NCBI GenBank assembly: GCA_963777505.1
Contig: CAVZQN010000001.1
Span: 576,001-640,000 of the forward strand
DNA: 64,000 nucleotides
Source of the DNA: an uncultured bacterium
GTDB taxonomy: Bacteria; Acidobacteriota; HRBIN11; JAKEFK01
Reading direction: 5' to 3'
Positions 59,111 through 64,000 of this stretch are shown here, piece by piece. The position numbers and the translations under genes are program-made. The first letter of the stretch is position 1; every line of letters begins with the position of its first letter. The notes under the pieces were generated by a model. The model was not told the DNA's origin. It saw nothing but the letters and a program-made list of their open reading frames with translations, and made no database searches.

Positions 59111-59752
59111 ATGACCGTTGAAGAAATCTACATAAAGTTGCGCGATGAATTAACGGCAGAGAACGAGAGCAGCAGTTCCCCTGAGCGCATTTTCATCAAA
59201 AATGATGAACAAACGATTTGTACGCTTGGGATGAATCGCAGCCACGAAATCATCTTTGTCGAATTTAAGCCGGCTCCGAAGGATTTGCACGAAATTGAAC
59301 GGGAAGGCTTCGTTCACCCGCACCCTGTTGAAATGTTGCATGACGCTGGATGGCGCCAGGCGCAATTAACAACCTGGGAGGAATCGGGAAAGCTCCTGGA
59401 AATCATCAATCGATCTTATAAGAAAAAGAAGCCTAAACCTGAAATAGCTGGCGCCAAAAAGGCAGTCAAAATTCCGCTATTAAAGAAGCCTCCTGGAACG
59501 TCGATTCAAGGTAAGATCGGGGGAGCGGCAAGCAAGCTTGCTCAGCTGGCCGCAATAAAGGTTGTTGGTAAGCCTGGAAAAGCTCTCAAGCCAGCACCAC
59601 CCCTCCCGGCGAAAGCAAAAGGTAAGCCCGCGCCTGCACCAAAACCAGCACCCAAAGCAAAACCGGTCGCAAAAGCAAAGGCCACGAAAAGCGTAGCCAA
59701 ACCAAAAGCAAAAGCAGCTCGCCCAAAACCCTCCAAATCAAAGAAAAAATAA
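59111..59752 (+). CDS. Hypothetical protein with Lys/Ala/Pro-rich histone H1-like tail
   Basis: About 100-aa globular N-domain, then a PAKAK/KPA-rich basic tail. Confidence 0.75.
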   Translation: MTVEEIYIKLRDELTAENESSSSPERIFIKNDEQTICTLGMNRSHEIIFVEFKPAPKDLHEIEREGFVHPHPVEMLHDAGWRQAQLTTWEESGKLLEIINRSYKKKKPKPEIAGAKKAVKIPLLKKPPGTSIQGKIGGAASKLAQLAAIKVVGKPGKALKPAPPLPAKAKGKPAPAPKPAPKAKPVAKAKATKSVAKPKAKAARPKPSKSKKK

Positions 59753-59837
59753 GCAGTAGTTTTCAACACGAACGCACCACGTCACCAAGCACACGAATTC
59801 ATTTAAATTAATTATTAGTGAACATTGTGCCTTAGTT

Positions 59838-62201
59838 TTAGTCTTGAGGAGTCTCTGGCTGGGATTCAGCAGTCGCTTCGAGTTCTTCTGGCTGAAGCGG
59901 GATAGCATTTCCATGATGTTCTGGCCCGCACATCTGACGTGGCTCAGAACCAGCAATAAAAGATTCAATGATGACATCAGTACAATCCGCGGTAGCCCGC
60001 AATCCGGTGTGTCGATCGATAGCAACCGTGATGATGTTGCTTGTAGCTTGAAATTCTTCGACTGGTTTGTCCGCGAGAACTTCTTTCATGAAATCAATCC
60101 AAATAGGCAACGCAGCTTCTGCACCAGTTTCCTTTTTGCCTAAAGTCTTCTTTTCATCAAAACCAACCCACACACCAGCAACTAAAGATGGTGTGTAACC
60201 AATGAACCACGCATCGGTGCAATCATCGGTTGTTCCTGTTTTGCCTGCTAACGGACGCTTTAATGATTTCGCCTTGACAGCAGTGCCGCGCTGGATCACA
60301 CCCTGTAACACATCAGTCAGCAAATAAGCGATGTCTGCCCTCATCACTTCTTTTGCGCGAGGCATATTTTGTTCAAGAGTATTGCCGCTTCTATCAAGGA
60401 TTTTCTCAATCATCATTGGTTCCAGCATTAATCCTTGATTTGCGAATGCACCATAAGCACGAACCATGCTGAGTAATGTCGCTTCGCTTGCTCCGAGTGC
60501 GAGAGGCAAGTATGGTTGCATCTTTTGAACCGTATCGAAATGGCCAATGTAGTCAATCGCGTATTTAACTCCGACTTGTTCCAGAAGTTGTACAGCAACG
60601 GTGTTTCGCGATAACTCTAAGGCCCTTCGCAAAGTCATAGGGCCCATGAAATCTCCCGTGTAATTTTGCGGCGACCATGTTTCTTTCGAGTAGGGATCAT
60701 AATAAGAAAGCGGTTGATCAACCATCACATCAGAAGGTGTGTAGCCTCTTTCGAATGCAGCCGCATAAATGAATGGCTTAAAAGCTGATCCTGTTTGCCT
60801 GTAAGCCTGTATAGCACGATCGAATTTTTTTGTGGCGAAATCGGAACCACCGATTAGCGCCCTTATCTTTCCGGTTTTTATTTCCATTGCTACAAGGGCG
60901 CCATCCACAAGAGGAACTTGATCGAGTGAAATTGAAGTGATTTTTCCATCCACTACTTCTAGAATTTTGAAATCTGTTAAAGTTCCGTGCTTTAGAATTG
61001 CAGTTGCAGTTTTCTTATGTGTCCAGGCCCAGCCATCCGGCAGTAAAGGGACATCCTGCCTACCAATCCGAATAGTAGCCAGTCGATCAGTCACTTCCAT
61101 CGCAATTCCTTTTACGATCTTTCCTGGTGTCATTTCTGACGTCCAGCTTGAATCCCGAAAAGATTCAATCTGTGCAGGTGTCAGAATTGAAGTGACCGGT
61201 CTCCATCCTTGTTTTTTATCAAGTCTTCTTACGCCTTTATCAAGAGCACGCTCGGCAGCCTTTTGCATTTCAACATCTAACGTTGAATAGATTTCGAGGC
61301 CGCTTTCGTAAATTCCGGCGTAGCCGTATTTTGTTTCTAAATACTTCCGAATCTCTTCAGTGAAATAAGGAGCCAGATAAGTTTTTGGTAATGGCTGAAT
61401 TGCACCAAGCGGCGCCTGGAGACTTTGCTCATAAACTTGTTTTGTTATGAATTTCTCATTGAGCATGCGCTTCAAAACATGATTTCTTCTTTGTGTCGCC
61501 CGTTGAGGATGAACATGCGGAGAAAACTCCTGAGGAGCTTTTGGAAGAGCCGCAATCATGGCTGATTCCACAACATTCAGTTGAGATGCAGGTTTTCCGA
61601 AATAGTAACGTGCAGCCGCTTCAACGCCGTATACACCATGACCAAGGTAAATTTGATTGCAATAAAAAAGGAATAATTCTTGTTTCGTATATTTCCTTTC
61701 CAGCTGAACTGCAAGCATAGCTTCCAAAATCTTTCTTTCCATCGTCTTTTCAGGACGAAGAAAAAGCATCTTTGCAAGCTGTTGGGTGATCGTACTACCT
61801 CCTTCAACAACCCTTCCGGTTTTTAGATTTGTATACAGCGCGCGAAGAATTCCCCAGGGATCCACACCGGGATGTTCGAAATAATGTGCATCTTCTACAG
61901 CGATCAGTGCGTTTCTTAAGTCAGACGAAACATGATCCATGGAACGCAAAACAACCCGTTTTTCGACAAAAAATTCGTCGATAGGTCGAGCATCTGCTGA
62001 ATAGACATGAGTTGGAATGCTTGGTTGAAAATTTTCAATTTGTTGAATTTGAGGCAGTCTGTTGAGATACGAAAGGAAGAATCCGAACAAACTTCCGATA
62101 GAAATGCTTAGAAAATAGAGGAGCCCGACAAAAATCGTCCGAAAAAGCTTTCTTTTCTTCGTCGGCTCAACCTGAAGATCGCTTTCAAGTACTTCATTCA
62201 T
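59838..62201 (-). CDS. mrcA: Penicillin-binding protein 1A (class A PBP)
   Basis: ED..F.H.G, GGSTITQQLAK and RKILE (TG domain); GSAFK, SRN and GKTGT (TP domain); N-terminal TM. Confidence 0.92.
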   Translation of the reverse strand: MNEVLESDLQVEPTKKRKLFRTIFVGLLYFLSISIGSLFGFFLSYLNRLPQIQQIENFQPSIPTHVYSADARPIDEFFVEKRVVLRSMDHVSSDLRNALIAVEDAHYFEHPGVDPWGILRALYTNLKTGRVVEGGSTITQQLAKMLFLRPEKTMERKILEAMLAVQLERKYTKQELFLFYCNQIYLGHGVYGVEAAARYYFGKPASQLNVVESAMIAALPKAPQEFSPHVHPQRATQRRNHVLKRMLNEKFITKQVYEQSLQAPLGAIQPLPKTYLAPYFTEEIRKYLETKYGYAGIYESGLEIYSTLDVEMQKAAERALDKGVRRLDKKQGWRPVTSILTPAQIESFRDSSWTSEMTPGKIVKGIAMEVTDRLATIRIGRQDVPLLPDGWAWTHKKTATAILKHGTLTDFKILEVVDGKITSISLDQVPLVDGALVAMEIKTGKIRALIGGSDFATKKFDRAIQAYRQTGSAFKPFIYAAAFERGYTPSDVMVDQPLSYYDPYSKETWSPQNYTGDFMGPMTLRRALELSRNTVAVQLLEQVGVKYAIDYIGHFDTVQKMQPYLPLALGASEATLLSMVRAYGAFANQGLMLEPMMIEKILDRSGNTLEQNMPRAKEVMRADIAYLLTDVLQGVIQRGTAVKAKSLKRPLAGKTGTTDDCTDAWFIGYTPSLVAGVWVGFDEKKTLGKKETGAEAALPIWIDFMKEVLADKPVEEFQATSNIITVAIDRHTGLRATADCTDVIIESFIAGSEPRQMCGPEHHGNAIPLQPEELEATAESQPETPQD

Positions 62202-62307
62202 ATACAGATCAGATGATAAAGCATGCACGTCAAGACGGCAAAGGTCAAATATTGATCCTTGTGTTTTCCTTGGCGCTGTGGCGGAGAGTATGATATAAAA
62301 CGATGGA

Positions 62308-63069
62308 ATGATTGAGGCCCACGGTAAATCCGATATAGGCAGAAAGCGTCAGCGAAACGAAGATTCTTTTGCCGTAAGTTCTGATGCACAGGTCTTTATC
62401 GTCGCTGATGGAATGGGGGGACACAATGCAGGAGATGTTGCCTCCCAAACAGCAGTGCGGACGATTGAGAGCTATATGGTACGTACGCATGAAGAACGTG
62501 AACTGAGCTGGCCTTTTGGAATTGATCCAAAATTTAGCTTCGACGGTAACCGAATTAGAACAGCTTTAAAGCTTGCAAATCATAAGATCTGGCAGCTTGC
62601 CGATGCAAATCAGGAATATACAGGAATGGGCACAACTGTGGTCTGTTCGGTCATCCGTGATGATGTTGCAGTAATCGCCTCTGTTGGTGATTCTCGTGCT
62701 TATCTGGTTCGTGGAAATCAATTGGCAGTCTTAACAAGAGATGATGTTTGGCTGAACGAAACATGGGTACGTAAAGCATTTACTGAAGATCAGCTTGCTC
62801 GTCTTCCTTTAAAAAATGTTCTTTCAAAAGCAATTGGCTCTAAAGAAGATATTGATTTTCCCGTTCAGGAGTTTCAGCTCCAGGATGGAGACATTTTGTT
62901 CCTTTGCAGCGATGGTCTTCATGGGCTTGTTACCTCCGAAGACCTCCTCACAATATGCCGCCAGCATAGCAACGATCTGCAAACTCTTTCAAAAACCTTA
63001 ATAGACCTGGCTAATGAAGCCGGGGGCAAGGACAATATAACGATCGTCGTATTGAAATATACGAAGTAG
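62308..63069 (+). CDS. PP2C-family Ser/Thr phosphatase (Stp1-like)
   Basis: RQRNED, VADGMGGH, GMGTT, VGDSRAY, LCSDGL, GGKDNIT. Confidence 0.95.
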   Translation: MIEAHGKSDIGRKRQRNEDSFAVSSDAQVFIVADGMGGHNAGDVASQTAVRTIESYMVRTHEERELSWPFGIDPKFSFDGNRIRTALKLANHKIWQLADANQEYTGMGTTVVCSVIRDDVAVIASVGDSRAYLVRGNQLAVLTRDDVWLNETWVRKAFTEDQLARLPLKNVLSKAIGSKEDIDFPVQEFQLQDGDILFLCSDGLHGLVTSEDLLTICRQHSNDLQTLSKTLIDLANEAGGKDNITIVVLKYTK

Positions 63070-63070
63070 C

Positions 63071-64000
63071 GTGTCGGAACGTACTGACAAAATCATCCGT
63101 AAGATGGGGCGGTACACCCTCGTTGATAAGCTCGGACAAGGCTCAATGGGCGTGGTGTATAAAGCCTACGATGAAATGCTCGATCGTTATGTCGCATTGA
63201 AAACCATGGTCAGTGATATGACCACTGACACTGAACTCCGAAAACGTTTCTATCAAGAAGCACGACTGGCCGCAAAGATTAATCATCCTTATATCATCAC
63301 TGTCTTCGATCTTGGCGAAGTGGAAGGCCAAATTTATATCGCAATGGAACTTCTTGAGGGCGAAGATCTGAAGTCATTCCTCAAAGAAGGAAAGCCGCTT
63401 TCGATGGAACAAAAAGTGGATTGGATGATTCAACTGGCTGAAGCTTTCAAATTTGCGCACGATGAAGGGATCATACATCGAGACATCAAGCCCGGAAACA
63501 TTCACATTCGTAGTAGCGGGGATCTGGTAGTTATGGATTTTGGTATCGCACGAGCCGCATCATCAGACATTACCCGAGCAGGCGCTATTATCGGAACTCC
63601 AGAATACATTTCTCCTGAACAGATCCTTGCAATTAAAGTGGATCATAGAGCTGATATTTTTTCACTCGGGCTTGTCTTTTATGAAATTCTGACACGTACA
63701 CATCCATTTCGAAGTGCGAATCTTCCTGCCACAATCCACCGGGTCTTGAATGAAAATCCTGTGCCGCCAAATCAGGTTGATCACACGATTCCTGTACGTC
63801 TAAGTGACCTTGTAATGAAAGCCATGGCCAAAGATGTTGCAGATCGCTATCAGAACTGTAAAGAGATTCTCCAGGAGTTGCTCAATTGCCGTGAAGAGTT
63901 TTCACGTCAGGCTCGAACGCTTGTGAATGCCCGGGATATTTTAAATCACGAAACGATTACTTATATCACTCGTCTTCAGGATTTATATCCACGCCGGGAA
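63071..64000 (+). CDS. Ser/Thr protein kinase, runs off the window end
   Basis: Hand-translated from GTG 63071: LGQGSMGVVY, VALK, HRDIKPGN, DFG, GTPEYISPE; missing from the ORF track because no stop falls inside the window. Confidence 0.92.
   Translation, partial: MSERTDKIIRKMGRYTLVDKLGQGSMGVVYKAYDEMLDRYVALKTMVSDMTTDTELRKRFYQEARLAAKINHPYIITVFDLGEVEGQIYIAMELLEGEDLKSFLKEGKPLSMEQKVDWMIQLAEAFKFAHDEGIIHRDIKPGNIHIRSSGDLVVMDFGIARAASSDITRAGAIIGTPEYISPEQILAIKVDHRADIFSLGLVFYEILTRTHPFRSANLPATIHRVLNENPVPPNQVDHTIPVRLSDLVMKAMAKDVADRYQNCKEILQELLNCREEFSRQARTLVNARDILNHETITYITRLQDLYPRRE

Noticed and set aside
59542-59769. Antisense Ala/Phe/Gly-rich ORF
   Set aside because: Mirror of the Lys/Ala/Pro tail; the same applies to most short overlapping ORFs in the track.
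63143-63331. Minus-strand 62-aa ORF
   Set aside because: Shadow of the plus-strand Ser/Thr kinase.

Overview
A gene-dense bacterial chromosome segment with about 55 CDS. I found no rRNA, tRNA, CRISPR, IS or prophage. The gene content (bacillithiol genes, many Ser/Thr kinases, sigma54 systems, outer-membrane barrels) suggests a diderm such as Acidobacteriota; this is inference. In order, the window holds: a secreted JAMM/JAB-like protein and a Dph6-like PP-loop ATPase; a 10-gene minus-strand membrane operon (RDD, SpoIIM, DUF58, MoxR, DUF4350, DUF4129) extended by three proteins that share one B-box-like Zn finger; bshC-bshB1-bshA with a heterodimeric ABC exporter; a two-component island (19.5-31 kb) that includes a DHp-Hpt protein and a receiver domain fused to a PilB/GspE ATPase; tonB-exbD-exbB; a sigma54-promoter outer-membrane barrel; a kinase/regulator pair; two paralogous degenerate-GGDEF/EAL phosphodiesterases flanking a heavily frameshifted Ser/Thr kinase-TPR-GAF-sigma54 activator with its likely target promoter; then housekeeping and signalling genes (M50 protease, DUF4388-J-TPR, radical SAM, kinase-TPR, DNA ligase, sppA, ilvE, MEMO1, FabZ-like, M20, PBP1A, PP2C, partial kinase). 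A dispersed CTTYGYG intergenic repeat family and several apparently leaderless genes are visible. Single-base frameshifts (exbB, kinase-TPR, 39.3-42 kb) probably reflect consensus errors. All family names come from motif recognition by eye, not database searches.
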